Below are positions 1 to 9,741 of a stretch of 64,000 bases of DNA, one piece after another. Each line of letters starts with the position of its first letter. Positions within the stretch are counted from its first letter, which is position 1. A program made the translations under genes and the position numbers. The notes under the pieces were generated by a model. The model was not told the DNA's origin, made no database searches, and saw only the letters and a list, made by a program, of their open reading frames with translations. The stretch spans positions 32,001 to 96,000 of the forward strand of contig CAVUXN010000004.1 in NCBI GenBank assembly GCA_963745475.1. Direction: 5' to 3'. This DNA comes from an uncultured delta proteobacterium. GTDB taxonomy: Bacteria; Myxococcota; Myxococcia; Myxococcales; Myxococcaceae.

Positions 1-390
1 CCGCTGCGAGGCCTGTCCAACGTCGTCATGACACCTCACATCGGCGGCTCGACGCTTGAGGCCCAGGAAGCAATCGGCCGCGAGGTCTCGGCCACGCTGG
101 CCCACTTCGCGCACACCGGAGCGACACTGGGGTCGGTCAACTTCCCGCCGGTCGACCTCCCACGGACTGAGGGTACCTGGCGCGTCATCAACGTGCACCA
201 AAACGTCCCTGGGGTGCTCAGAGACCTGAATAGGATTGTCTCCGACCACGACGCCAACATCCACGCCCAGGTGCTTTCCACCAACGCCGCGATTGGCTAC
301 CTGGTGATGGACCTGGACTCGAACGTCGGGGACGCGGTGGTCAAGGACATCCTGCGTTTGCCCACGAGCATCTCCGCCCGGACGGTGTAA
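1..390 (+). CDS. serA: D-3-phosphoglycerate dehydrogenase, C-terminal part (gene starts before the window)
   Basis: TPHIGGSTLEAQ motif, then SVNFP and an ACT domain (HQNVPGVL...NI) typical of SerA; frame open from base 1. Confidence 0.9.
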   Translation, partial: PLRGLSNVVMTPHIGGSTLEAQEAIGREVSATLAHFAHTGATLGSVNFPPVDLPRTEGTWRVINVHQNVPGVLRDLNRIVSDHDANIHAQVLSTNAAIGYLVMDLDSNVGDAVVKDILRLPTSISARTV

Positions 391-555
391 CTGGCCAGCA
401 AAGTCGGACCGCGCAGCGCCTACTTCTGGTAGGCCCGCTCGGAGACGACGTTGCCGTCGAGAACCACTCTCCTCTTTACCGTGAGCTCGGTGACGGCTTC
501 GTGGTCATGCCCTGTTCCCCGTGCGGAGCTCGAGGCTTAGACTGCACGACCACCT

Positions 556-888
556 ATGGCCGAGCAACCTCCGCAAACTCCACACGACATGGGCGGCCAA
601 CCGGCTGGCGCAGTCGAGCGCACGGAGCACGACTATGCACTCTGGGAGAAGCGCGTCGACGCGCTCCTGGTGCTGCTGTCCCACAAGGACACTCACCACA
701 TGACTGTGGACGAGCTCCGTCGCAACATCGAGGGCCTGGGCTTGGGGGCTTACGAGGCGCTGAGCTATTACGAGCGCTGGATGCATTCCATCGCGCAGAC
801 GCTCATTCAACGCGGGGTCATCACCGTGGATGAGCTGGGTCGAAAGATGGCCGACGTGCAAAGGCGGGCGGAGCGCGGCGAACTGTGA
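556..888 (+). CDS. Nitrile hydratase beta subunit N-terminal half / thiocyanate hydrolase beta-like subunit
   Basis: PHDMGG, WEKRV, DELRRNIE and LSYYERW motifs; stop overlaps the next start (GTGA). Confidence 0.85.
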   Translation: MAEQPPQTPHDMGGQPAGAVERTEHDYALWEKRVDALLVLLSHKDTHHMTVDELRRNIEGLGLGAYEALSYYERWMHSIAQTLIQRGVITVDELGRKMADVQRRAERGEL

Positions 889-1214
889 GCAAGACGCCCC
901 CAACCCCTCCCTTCAAACCCGGTGACCGAGTGAGGGTCCGGTACGCGCACCCCCCGGGCCATGTCCGCACGCCCAGCTACGTTCGAGGACGCGCGGGCGT
1001 GGTGGAGAGGCTGTGCGGCAGCTACCCCAACCCGGAAGAGTTGGCCTACGGCCGCTCCGGGCTACCGCCTCAACCTCTCTACCGCGTGCGATTCCTGCAA
1101 AATGAATTGTGGCCCGACTACCGGGGCAACCCCGCCGACAGCGTCGACGTGGAGGTTTTTCAGCACTGGCTCAGCTCCGAAGCGAGGAAGACAGATGGCA
1201 CACGACGCGAGTGA
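885..1214 (+). CDS. Nitrile hydratase beta subunit C-terminal SH3-like half / thiocyanate hydrolase alpha-like subunit
   Basis: FKPGDRVRV, GHVRTPSYVRGRAGVVE, LYRVRF...ELW and VDVEVFQHWL motifs. Confidence 0.85.
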   Translation: MSKTPPTPPFKPGDRVRVRYAHPPGHVRTPSYVRGRAGVVERLCGSYPNPEELAYGRSGLPPQPLYRVRFLQNELWPDYRGNPADSVDVEVFQHWLSSEARKTDGTRRE

Positions 1215-1818
1215 CGGTCATTCGCATCCCGAAGCAGAGGAGGCGGCCGGCTTGACGTACTTCCAGGCCATGGAGGTCGCCGTCCGCGAACTCCTCATCG
1301 ACAAGGGCATCCTCTCTGCCGAGCAAATCCGGCGGCAGGTGGAGGACATGGACAGTCGAACGCCCGCCAGAGGAGCCAAGGTTGTTTCGGCCGCTTGGTC
1401 GAATCCGGAGTTTCGCGCGCGGTTGCTTTCCGACGGGAACGCCGCCGTCGAATCTCTGGGCCTGGACCGCGGCCCGTACAAGCTGGTGGTCGTCGAAAAC
1501 ACGCCGCTGGTGCACAACGTTATTGTTTGCACCCTGTGCTCCTGCTACCCGCGTTGGCTGCTTGGACTCCCACCGGACTGGTACAAGAGCCGTAATTACC
1601 GAAGCCGGATGGTGCGCGAACCTCGAGCCGTCTTGCGCGAATTCGGCCTCGAGCTCCCGGACGAAGTGGCTGTCCGGGTCCACGACTCCACCGCAGACAT
1701 GCGCTACCTGGTCCTCCCCATGCGGCCCGCAGGCACGGCCGACTGGGGCGAAGAGCGGCTGGCCACGTTGGTGAGTCGCGACACCATGGTGGGAGTTGCC
1801 GTTCCGAAAGCGCCCTAG
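1195..1818 (+). CDS. Cobalt-type nitrile hydratase alpha / thiocyanate hydrolase gamma-like catalytic subunit
   Basis: Metal-binding VCTLCSCYP motif (Thr marks Co-type), WYKSRNYRSRMVREPR, HDSTADMRYLVLPMRP; ATG at 1195 preceded by GAGGAAG. Confidence 0.92.
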   Translation: MAHDASDGHSHPEAEEAAGLTYFQAMEVAVRELLIDKGILSAEQIRRQVEDMDSRTPARGAKVVSAAWSNPEFRARLLSDGNAAVESLGLDRGPYKLVVVENTPLVHNVIVCTLCSCYPRWLLGLPPDWYKSRNYRSRMVREPRAVLREFGLELPDEVAVRVHDSTADMRYLVLPMRPAGTADWGEERLATLVSRDTMVGVAVPKAP

Positions 1819-1907
1819 TCTTTCCAAGACGTCGGGAGGCGCTTTCCGAGGCAGTGCGCAGGTAGAGTGGACGAGGCGCTCCGGTTTCGCTGCTTTGGGG
1901 GTGAAGC

Positions 1908-3551
1908 GTGAAGCTGCTCCAACCCAGCCCTCCACCCTACGACCCGTTGGTTTGGGTGAAGAGGCCTCTTCAGGAGCGCGGGCGCCTGGTCTGCGAGGCA
2001 TGGGCGACCCAAGGTTACGGGACGCCCTTCGGGGCGTACGCCATTCACGCCTTCAAGGCTGTCCTCTACGTTGGCGCGTGGCTTTTCTTCTGCAGCTTCA
2101 CGCCCGGCCTTGGCCATCTGTCAACCCTCCCCGCGTGGTGGCTGTCCCCCATTGCGTTTCAGAAGGCCATTCTGTGGAGCATGCTCTTCGAGGGGCTTGG
2201 CCTGGGTTGCGGGAGCGGCCCGCTCACCGGCCGGTACTTCCCGCCCTTTGGGGGCGTCCTTTACTTCCTTCGGCCCGGGACGACGAAGCTGCCGCTCTTC
2301 CCCGCCCTGCCCTTACTCGGCGGGACGCGGCGCACTTGGCTCGACGTCACCCTCTACCTCGCGCTCCTGGTGGTCCTGGTCCGTGCCCTCCTTGCGTCCG
2401 AGCTCGACGCAGGGCTCCTCGTCCCCATCGTCGCGCTCGTGCCCTTGGTGGGACTCGCGGACCAGACCATCTTTCTTGCGCTTCGTGCCGAGCACTACTG
2501 GACGATGGCGGTTTGCTTCGCTTTCGCCAGCAACTGGATTGCGGGCGCAAAGGCCGTGCAGCTCGCGCTCTGGTTCTGGGCAGGCTTTTCGAAACTCAAC
2601 CACCATTTCCCGAGCGTGGTTTGCGTCATGACCAGCAACAGCCCGGTGCTGCGCTTCGGGTGGCTGCGCCGGCGGATGTACCGCCACTACCCCGACGACC
2701 TCCGGCCCTCGCGCCTGGCCGAGTGGATGGCTCACGCCGGCACGGCGCTCGAGCTCACGGTGCCTGTGGTGTTGCTGCTTTCGACGGGCGGGCCGTCGCT
2801 CGTCGTCGGGATGGTGATGGTGCTGATGCTGCATGGCTACATTACGAGCAACGTCCCCATGGGAGTTCCCATCGAGTGGAATTTCGCTGTGGTTTACGGA
2901 GCCTTCGCCCTCTTCTGGGCGCACCCGGACGTGACGTTGGCGGCCATTGGGCCTCTCCCGCTCACGCTCTTTCTTGCGGTGATGCTCGTCGGGCTCCCCC
3001 TGGCTGGGAACCTCGTCCCGGACCGCGTGTCCTTTCTACTCGCGATGCGCTACTACGCCGGGAATTGGGCCTACGGGGTCTGGCTCTTCCACGGCGAGAG
3101 CTACCGGAAACTCGACAAGCTCACCAAGAGCGCCGCCTGGGTCTTCGACCAGTTGGACAGGTTCTATGACCGCTCCACGGCCGTGGGCCTCTTCGGCAAG
3201 GTGATGAGCTTCCGGCTGATGCACCTGCACGGACGCGGGTTACCAGTGCTCTTGCCGCGGGCCGTCGAGCGGCTGGAGGAGTACGAGTACGTAGACGGCG
3301 AAGTCATCGCCGGCCTCGTCTTGGGCTGGAATTTCGGCGACGGACATCTCCACCGAGAGTCGCTGTTGAAGGCCGTCCAGGAGCAGTGCGGCTTCGAGGC
3401 CGGCGAGCTGCGCTGCATCTTCGTCGAGTCGCAGCCCCTCGGGCGTTCCACCCTGCGCTATAGAATTCTCGACGCGAAGACTGGCCTCATGGAGGCTGGC
3501 GACCTCGACGTCCGCGAGCTGCGTCAGCGGCAGCCCTGGGCCGCAGTGTGA
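1908..3551 (+). CDS. DUF3556-family polytopic membrane protein
   Basis: FQKAILWSMLFE, GPLTGRY, SKLNHHFPSVV, MGVPIEWN, MRYYAGNWA and GWNFGDGHLH motifs; many TM segments. Confidence 0.8.
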   Translation: MKLLQPSPPPYDPLVWVKRPLQERGRLVCEAWATQGYGTPFGAYAIHAFKAVLYVGAWLFFCSFTPGLGHLSTLPAWWLSPIAFQKAILWSMLFEGLGLGCGSGPLTGRYFPPFGGVLYFLRPGTTKLPLFPALPLLGGTRRTWLDVTLYLALLVVLVRALLASELDAGLLVPIVALVPLVGLADQTIFLALRAEHYWTMAVCFAFASNWIAGAKAVQLALWFWAGFSKLNHHFPSVVCVMTSNSPVLRFGWLRRRMYRHYPDDLRPSRLAEWMAHAGTALELTVPVVLLLSTGGPSLVVGMVMVLMLHGYITSNVPMGVPIEWNFAVVYGAFALFWAHPDVTLAAIGPLPLTLFLAVMLVGLPLAGNLVPDRVSFLLAMRYYAGNWAYGVWLFHGESYRKLDKLTKSAAWVFDQLDRFYDRSTAVGLFGKVMSFRLMHLHGRGLPVLLPRAVERLEEYEYVDGEVIAGLVLGWNFGDGHLHRESLLKAVQEQCGFEAGELRCIFVESQPLGRSTLRYRILDAKTGLMEAGDLDVRELRQRQPWAAV

Positions 3552-4996
3552 GTCAGCCCGACGTCGTCGTGATTGGTTCGGGTCCAAACGGGCTCGCAGC
3601 AGCTATTTGTCTCGCGCAAGCCGGCGCACGGGTGCTGGTGCTCGAGGCGAAGGGCACCATCGGTGGCGGCACGCGGACGGCGGCCCTCACCCTGCCCGGG
3701 TTTGCACATGACGTCTGCTCGGCGGTGCACCCGATGGGTGTGCTGTCGCCCTATTTCCGCCAGCTTCCCCTCGAGGCGCACGGGCTGCGGTGGATCCGGC
3801 CGCAAGCTTCGGTTGCGCACCCGCTCGACAATGCCTCGGCGGTTCTCTTGCGCCGTTCCTTGGAGGAGACGTCTTCCCAGTTTGGAGAGGACAAGGAGGC
3901 CTACATCCGGCTGGTGGCGCCGTTTCTGAATCGCACTCATGCCTTGTTGGAAGACGCCATGGCCCCCTTGGGCTTTCCCCACCACCCAGGTCTTCTGCTT
4001 CGCTTCGGCTTGCACGCCGTCCGTTCCGCGACGGGGCTGGCTCGGCGCTTCGGTGGTGTACCGGCACGGGCACTCCTCGCCGGGTGTGGCGCTCACTCCA
4101 TCCTCCCGCTCGAGCAGCCTCTGACGGGGGCCTTGGCCCTCCTCTTCCTCATCACGGGGCACACCGAAGAGTGGCCCGTGGCCGCGGGTGGCTCCGAAGC
4201 CATTGCCCGCGCCCTGGCCAGCCTTCTTCAGTCTCTGGGGGGAAGACTCGAGACCGACACCCTTGTGCGATCGGCCGCCGACCTCCCGGCGGCGCGTGCC
4301 TACCTCTTCGACACCAGCCCGGCTCAGCTCGCCAGCATCTGCCAGGCCGTCCTTCCACCCCGCTACGTCCGAAGGTTGCGCCGCTTTCGCTACGGCCCCG
4401 GCGTCTTCAAGCTCGATTGGGCTTTGGATGGCTCCATTCCTTGGAAGGACCCGAGGTGCCTCGAGGCCTCCACCGTCCACGTGGGCGGGACGCTGGAGGA
4501 GATCTCAGCGTCGGAGGCAGCGGTGTGGCGGGGCGAGCATCCAGAGCGGCCCTTCGTCCTCTTGTGTCAGCAAAGCGAGCTCGACGCGAGCAGGGCACCC
4601 AAAGGCAAACAGACGGGCTGGGCTTACTGTCACGTCCCTTCTGCCTCGACGCAGGACATGACGCGGCAGGTGGAAGCCCAAATCGAACGGTTCGCTCCGG
4701 GCTTCACCCAGCGCATCCTCGCGCGGCACGTGACGACGCCGACGGACTTCGAGCAGTACAACCCCAACTACGTCGGCGGCGCCATCACTGGAGGCGTTGC
4801 GGACTTTGCTCAGCTCTTTAGTCGGCCTGTGGCGCGACTGGACCCCTACTCCACCCCGCACCCGCGTCTCTTCATTTGCTCTGCGTCGAGTCCCCCCGGG
4901 GGCGGCGTCCATGGTATGTGTGGCTATTACGCTGCGAAGTCCGCGCTGCGACGGCTCGAGAGGCTCCGGCCCGCAGCGCTGACTACGGCGGGCTGA
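3548..4996 (+). CDS. Phytoene dehydrogenase-like NAD(P)/FAD-dependent oxidoreductase
   Basis: GSGPNGLAAA Rossmann motif, HDVCSAVHP, C-terminal PPGGGVHGMCG; coupled to the upstream gene (GTGA). Confidence 0.88.
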   Translation: MSQPDVVVIGSGPNGLAAAICLAQAGARVLVLEAKGTIGGGTRTAALTLPGFAHDVCSAVHPMGVLSPYFRQLPLEAHGLRWIRPQASVAHPLDNASAVLLRRSLEETSSQFGEDKEAYIRLVAPFLNRTHALLEDAMAPLGFPHHPGLLLRFGLHAVRSATGLARRFGGVPARALLAGCGAHSILPLEQPLTGALALLFLITGHTEEWPVAAGGSEAIARALASLLQSLGGRLETDTLVRSAADLPAARAYLFDTSPAQLASICQAVLPPRYVRRLRRFRYGPGVFKLDWALDGSIPWKDPRCLEASTVHVGGTLEEISASEAAVWRGEHPERPFVLLCQQSELDASRAPKGKQTGWAYCHVPSASTQDMTRQVEAQIERFAPGFTQRILARHVTTPTDFEQYNPNYVGGAITGGVADFAQLFSRPVARLDPYSTPHPRLFICSASSPPGGGVHGMCGYYAAKSALRRLERLRPAALTTAG

Positions 4997-5141
4997 GACG
5001 CGAATGAGCGAGGCGCGGCCTTTCGTTTCACAGTGCTGCGTGTTCCGCGCAGTCGAGGTGGACAGCACCTGAGACAGCGGGACAGGCGTCGACTAGCGTC
5101 CTCGCCAGGAATTCATCTCATGCCCCCGGAGCGCGTTCACC

Positions 5142-6479
5142 ATGCGGATGGGCCTCATCTCGACTCTCTCTCTCGGTGTGGCGCTCATGGGACGAGCCGT
5201 CCTGGCGGCGCCTACGGCCCCAGAAACCCCCGCCCTCGCGGGTCTCGATGCGGTCTACCCATCCCTCGATGCCCTTTACCGCGACCTGCACCAAAACCCA
5301 GAGCTGTCGCTCCACGAGGAGAAAACTGCCGTCAAGCTGGCCGCCCAACTCCGTGCGTTGGGCTTTGACGTCACCGAGCACGTCGGTGGAACAGGCCTTG
5401 TGGGTGTCCTGCGCAACGGTAAGGGACCGACCGTCCTTGTCCGGACAGAGCTCGACGCGCTTCCGGTGAAGGAGTCCACGGGCCTTCCTTACGCGAGCAC
5501 GGCCACCTTCCAGGATGAAGCGGGCGCGCTCGTCCCGGTGATGCATGCCTGCGGCCATGATGTGCACATGACTTCCTGGGTGGGCGCGGCGACGCTTCTC
5601 GCCAACTCGAAGGACACCTGGCGAGGGACACTACTCTTCGTCGGTCAGCCTGCTGAAGAATTGGGCCGTGGCGCAAAGAGCATGGTGGCGGACGGGTTTC
5701 TCAAGCGGTTCCCCCATCCGGATGTTTGCATCGCCGTCCACGACACTGGCTCTTACGCCGCTGGCCAAGTCGCGATTGTTTCCGGCTTCGCCATGGCCAA
5801 CGTCGACATGGTGGACATCACCATCTACGGCCGAGGAGGCCACGGCGCGCTGCCTCAGTTGAGCATCGACCCCGTCGTCATCGCGGCGCGGACGGTGCTG
5901 GCGCTGCAGACCATCGTCTCGCGCGAGGTCAACCCACTCGACCCGGCGGTGGTGACCGTCGGTTCCATCCACGGTGGCACCAAGCACAACGTCATCCCGG
6001 ACGAAGTGAAGCTGCAACTCACGGTTCGCTCCTACAAGGCCGAGGTCCAGAAGCAGCTTCTGGCGGCCATCGAACGCATTGCCAAGGCCGAGGCGGCCGC
6101 CGCCGGGGCGCCGAAGGAGCCTGCGGTCGTCGTCCTGAAGGAGCAGTCGGCGCAAGCCCTGTACAACGACCCGAAGCTGACCGAACGCCTGTTGGCAGCC
6201 CTTCGGCGCGGCCTAGGCGACGCTGCCGTCGTCGAGGGCCAGCCGATGATGGCCTCCGAGGACTTCGGCGTCTTTGGCCGGGCTGCCGGCGTTCCGTCGG
6301 TTTACATCTTCTTGGGGGCTACGGAGCCCGCAGCGCTGGCGAAGTCCAAGCAGACAGGGACGACGCTCCCCAACGTCCACTCTGCGCTCTTTGCCCCGGA
6401 CCGCGTTCCCACCCTCAGGACGGGAATCGCCGCGTTGACGTTGGCTGCGCTGGACCTCCTTGGGAAGCCCGGACCTTAG
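5142..6479 (+). CDS. Secreted M20-family amidohydrolase
   Basis: Signal peptide; HQNPELS, RTELDALP, MHACGHD, QPAEE, GGHGA and SEDF motifs. Confidence 0.9.
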   Translation: MRMGLISTLSLGVALMGRAVLAAPTAPETPALAGLDAVYPSLDALYRDLHQNPELSLHEEKTAVKLAAQLRALGFDVTEHVGGTGLVGVLRNGKGPTVLVRTELDALPVKESTGLPYASTATFQDEAGALVPVMHACGHDVHMTSWVGAATLLANSKDTWRGTLLFVGQPAEELGRGAKSMVADGFLKRFPHPDVCIAVHDTGSYAAGQVAIVSGFAMANVDMVDITIYGRGGHGALPQLSIDPVVIAARTVLALQTIVSREVNPLDPAVVTVGSIHGGTKHNVIPDEVKLQLTVRSYKAEVQKQLLAAIERIAKAEAAAAGAPKEPAVVVLKEQSAQALYNDPKLTERLLAALRRGLGDAAVVEGQPMMASEDFGVFGRAAGVPSVYIFLGATEPAALAKSKQTGTTLPNVHSALFAPDRVPTLRTGIAALTLAALDLLGKPGP

Positions 6480-6564
6480 GCTTCGCGAAGCCCGGCCTTC
6501 ACACGTCTTTACGGGCCGTGCGCTCCACTACGCCAACAAACCCGAGGGGAGGGCTTCGTCGCCG

Positions 6565-8118
6565 TTACGGGCTCGCGCCTTTGACGGGCTTGGTGGAGGC
6601 CGGGAGCAGCTTGCCCGCCGCATCCCGCACCTGCGTGGGTCCGAGTCCGAGGGCCAAAAGCCGAGCCTGGAGCGACTTCATGGGGCCGACGACGACAATG
6701 GGCATGCCGTCCGGTGCGAAGTGCGCATGCGCTGCCTGGTCCGCCTCTGACTTGGTGACTGCCGTCAACTTGTCCGGAAGGTTGGCGAAGTAGTCCGGCC
6801 CGAAGCCGAGGCTCTGGGCGTTGGCGAATGCCACCGCTGTCACATCATTGGACTCGAAGCGGGCGGGGAGTCCCTGAATGGCCGCGGAACGCGCTTCGGA
6901 GAGCTCGGTCTCGGTGACGCCGCCTTTGGCCATCCCGGACAGCTCGGTGAGAAATTCCTGCACCGCCTCCGGCGTCTTGTCGGCGACGATGCCGCCAAAG
7001 GCAGCGAAAGTACCCTCCTGACGACGCTCGATGAGGAAGCTGTAGGCGCCATAGGAGTAAGCGTGCTTGGTGCGCAAGTTGGCCGTGAGCCGACCTTTCC
7101 CGCTGCCGAGGGCAATATTCGCCAGCCGGGTCGCGTAGAGGTCCGGCGAGGAGGAGCTCACCGCGAGCTGGCCCATCCACACCTGGCTTTGGGCCGCGCC
7201 GGCCTTGTCCACCAGCACCAGCGGCCGGGGCGTCGGCGTCGCCGCCCGGGGCAGCTTGGTGCTCGGCAGCTTCGCCTTGGCCCACCCGCCAAAGCGAGAC
7301 TCCAGCAGGGGGACGAGCTCGGCCTCGTACACGTCGCCCACGACGATGAGGGTGGCGTTGTTCGGATGCACCCAAGTCTTGTGCCAGGCAGCGAGCGTCC
7401 GGCGGGTGACAACTTTCGTCGCGGCCAGCGTCCCCTTGGCGGGGAAGGCCCAGGGGTTCTTGTCTCCGTAGATGACGCGGGCCAGCACGTTGCGGCCGAC
7501 CTGCTGTGCGTCATCCATCATCTGCTGAAGCTCGCCGAGGCGCAGTGCCCGGACGCGTTCCACGTCCGCCGCCTTGAAAGCCGGGTGGAGAATGACGTCC
7601 GCGTAAATCTCGAGCGCGTTGGAGAGACTGGCCGTGGGCACCGAGAGGGAGGCCGTCAGGGTTTCCGCATCGCTGTCGGCATGAAAGACGGCCGCCAAGT
7701 CCTCGAAAGCACCTGCTGTCGCCATGGCATCGCGGCTGGGCGTCCCCTCGTCCAGCATGGCCGCGACGAAGTTCGAGACTCCTGGCACCCCAGCGGGGTT
7801 GGTGTTGGAGCCCGCGTCCACCACCAGCACCATGGAGACCAGCGGCAAGTCGTGGCGCTCGAGCACCCACACCGCCAAGCCGTTCTTCAGGGTGAGCGTC
7901 TTGGGGACGGGCGCGCGAAACACCACGGCCGGACCGGCCGCGGGTGGCTTGGTACGAAAGTCTGCGTCGGCAGAGCTGGGCATGGCGGACACCGGCTGGG
8001 AGGCGGCAGGCGCTGCCGGCGCCGAGGCCTTGGCAGCGGGGGTGGGCTCGGGCGCCGTGGCGCAGCCGGCGAGCAGGAGGGCGGGGACGAGGAGCGTGCG
8101 CATGGTCGAGCCCTTCAT
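6565..8118 (-). CDS. M16 peptidase-like non-catalytic subunit, lipoprotein
   Basis: Lipobox LLAGC; M16 fold motifs (LKNGL, MLDEGT, LRTKHAYSYG) but no HxxEH; ATGA overlap at 8115-8118 (alternative start 8103). Confidence 0.85.
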   Translation of the reverse strand: MKGSTMRTLLVPALLLAGCATAPEPTPAAKASAPAAPAASQPVSAMPSSADADFRTKPPAAGPAVVFRAPVPKTLTLKNGLAVWVLERHDLPLVSMVLVVDAGSNTNPAGVPGVSNFVAAMLDEGTPSRDAMATAGAFEDLAAVFHADSDAETLTASLSVPTASLSNALEIYADVILHPAFKAADVERVRALRLGELQQMMDDAQQVGRNVLARVIYGDKNPWAFPAKGTLAATKVVTRRTLAAWHKTWVHPNNATLIVVGDVYEAELVPLLESRFGGWAKAKLPSTKLPRAATPTPRPLVLVDKAGAAQSQVWMGQLAVSSSSPDLYATRLANIALGSGKGRLTANLRTKHAYSYGAYSFLIERRQEGTFAAFGGIVADKTPEAVQEFLTELSGMAKGGVTETELSEARSAAIQGLPARFESNDVTAVAFANAQSLGFGPDYFANLPDKLTAVTKSEADQAAHAHFAPDGMPIVVVGPMKSLQARLLALGLGPTQVRDAAGKLLPASTKPVKGASP

Positions 8119-9464
8119 GGGTTGGAGGACGTCTTTGGCGCCGGGTTGACGATGAGGGTCACACGCTCGTTCTTTGCGAAATACTTCTGGGCCACCGCCT
8201 GGACTTGCGCTGCCGTCACGGCGTCCCATTTGGCGACGATGGTGTCTATGAAGCCCGGGTCGCCCGCCCAGAACTCGCCGGACTCGAGGACGTCCGCCTT
8301 GCCGCCGAAACCCCCGACGCGCTCCAGGCGGCGCAGCACGTTGGCCACGCGGTTGCGTTTGGCCCGGTCGAGCTCGGCGCTGCTGGGCGGGCTGTCCATG
8401 AGCCGTTGCAACTGGGCGTCGAGGGAGGCTTCGGCCTTCTCTGGCGGGACACCCGGCGCCACCGTCACGTCCACTTCCGCGTAGCTGGAGAGCCGCGCCG
8501 TCTCGATGTCACAGTTGACGTCCTGGGCCACTTTTTGGGTGAAGACGAGCTCCCGGTAGAGGCGGCTCGACTTGCCCGTGGCCAGCACGTCGCAGAGGAG
8601 CTGGACGGCATAGAAGTCGTCGTTGGAATAGGCCGGCGGGATGATGACGCCGAGCATGACTTTGGAGAGCTGGACGTTGTCCGTCATCACCTCCCGCTTG
8701 GGAGAGGTGATGGGCTGCGTCTCCACCTTGGGCTTGGCGATGGCCGGTGCCGGAGGAATGCTTCCGAAGTATTTCTCCACCAGCGCCTTCACCTCGGCCG
8801 GCTTGAAGTCCCCGACGATGGCCAGCACCGCATTGTTGGGCGCGTAATACGTCCGGAAGAAGGCCTTCACGTCGTCCAGCGAGGCAGCCTGCAAGTCCTC
8901 GTGCGAGCCGATGACAGAGCCAAAATAGGGGTGGGGCTTGGGAAAGAGCAGCTCGACCATTCGGACTTCGGCGCGGCCATAGGGCCGGTTCTCCGTCGTC
9001 TGCCGCCGCTCGTTGCGGACGACGTCCCTTTGGATGTCCAGCTTCTGCTGGTCCATGGCGTCCAAGAGAAACCCCAGCCGCTCGCTCTCCAGCCACAGCC
9101 CGAGCTCGAGCTGGTTACTGGGGAGCACCTCGAAGTAATTGGTGCGGTCGAAGTTGGTGGTGCCGTTGACGCCCGTGGCCCCGGCGCCCTGGAGCATGCC
9201 GAAGAAGGCGGTCTCGTTCCCGGGGCGGTGCTTGCTCCCTTGAAACATCATGTGCTCGAAGAGGTGGGCGAAGCCGCTCTTGCCGGGCACCTCATTGGCC
9301 GCTCCCACGTGGTACCAAACCATGAGTCCCACCACTGGCGTCTTGTGGTCCTCGGAGAGGATGACGCGCAGCCCATTGGGGAGGGTGTACTTCTCAAAGG
9401 GGATGAGCGGGGGCTTGGTGGCGGTCGCGGCGAGCATGATGGAAACCAGCAATGCGTGGACCAC
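8115..9464 (-). CDS. M16 (pitrilysin-family) zinc protease, catalytic subunit
   Basis: GFAHLFEHMMFQGS (HxxEH), NGTTNFDRTNYF, VRNERRQ; AAGGAG 6 nt before GTG at 9464. Confidence 0.92.
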   Translation of the reverse strand: MVHALLVSIMLAATATKPPLIPFEKYTLPNGLRVILSEDHKTPVVGLMVWYHVGAANEVPGKSGFAHLFEHMMFQGSKHRPGNETAFFGMLQGAGATGVNGTTNFDRTNYFEVLPSNQLELGLWLESERLGFLLDAMDQQKLDIQRDVVRNERRQTTENRPYGRAEVRMVELLFPKPHPYFGSVIGSHEDLQAASLDDVKAFFRTYYAPNNAVLAIVGDFKPAEVKALVEKYFGSIPPAPAIAKPKVETQPITSPKREVMTDNVQLSKVMLGVIIPPAYSNDDFYAVQLLCDVLATGKSSRLYRELVFTQKVAQDVNCDIETARLSSYAEVDVTVAPGVPPEKAEASLDAQLQRLMDSPPSSAELDRAKRNRVANVLRRLERVGGFGGKADVLESGEFWAGDPGFIDTIVAKWDAVTAAQVQAVAQKYFAKNERVTLIVNPAPKTSSNP

Positions 9465-9741
9465 AGGCAACTCCTTGGTAACGGCGCAAAGACGTTCGGC
9501 ACGCGGGCCTTACGCTCGGTCTCGTCCCCAGCGCAAGGAAGAAAGCTCTCCACTCCCTGCTTCGGGCTTGCCCGGGGCTCCGGGACGCAGCTTCTGTAAG
9601 GTTTGCTCTCCCACAGTCACTGCCCAGCGCTCAGCTCAGGGCCCGAGCGTTTTCTGACGTCCCGCAAAAGCCGAGGGTGCACGGGCGTCGCGCTGGAGAG
9701 TTGTCGGGGTCAGGAGCTGCGGAGCGAGTCGCTGCCGCTGG

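Noticed and set aside
420..535. Minus-strand open stretch ending ...VVLDGNVVSERAYQK
   Set aside because: About 40 codons bounded by stops, with no usable start or SD near its 5' end; at most a gene remnant.
3548..4996. Carotenoid biosynthesis gene crtI
   Set aside because: No crtB/crtE neighbours, and the motifs fit the broader uncharacterised phytoene-dehydrogenase-like family.
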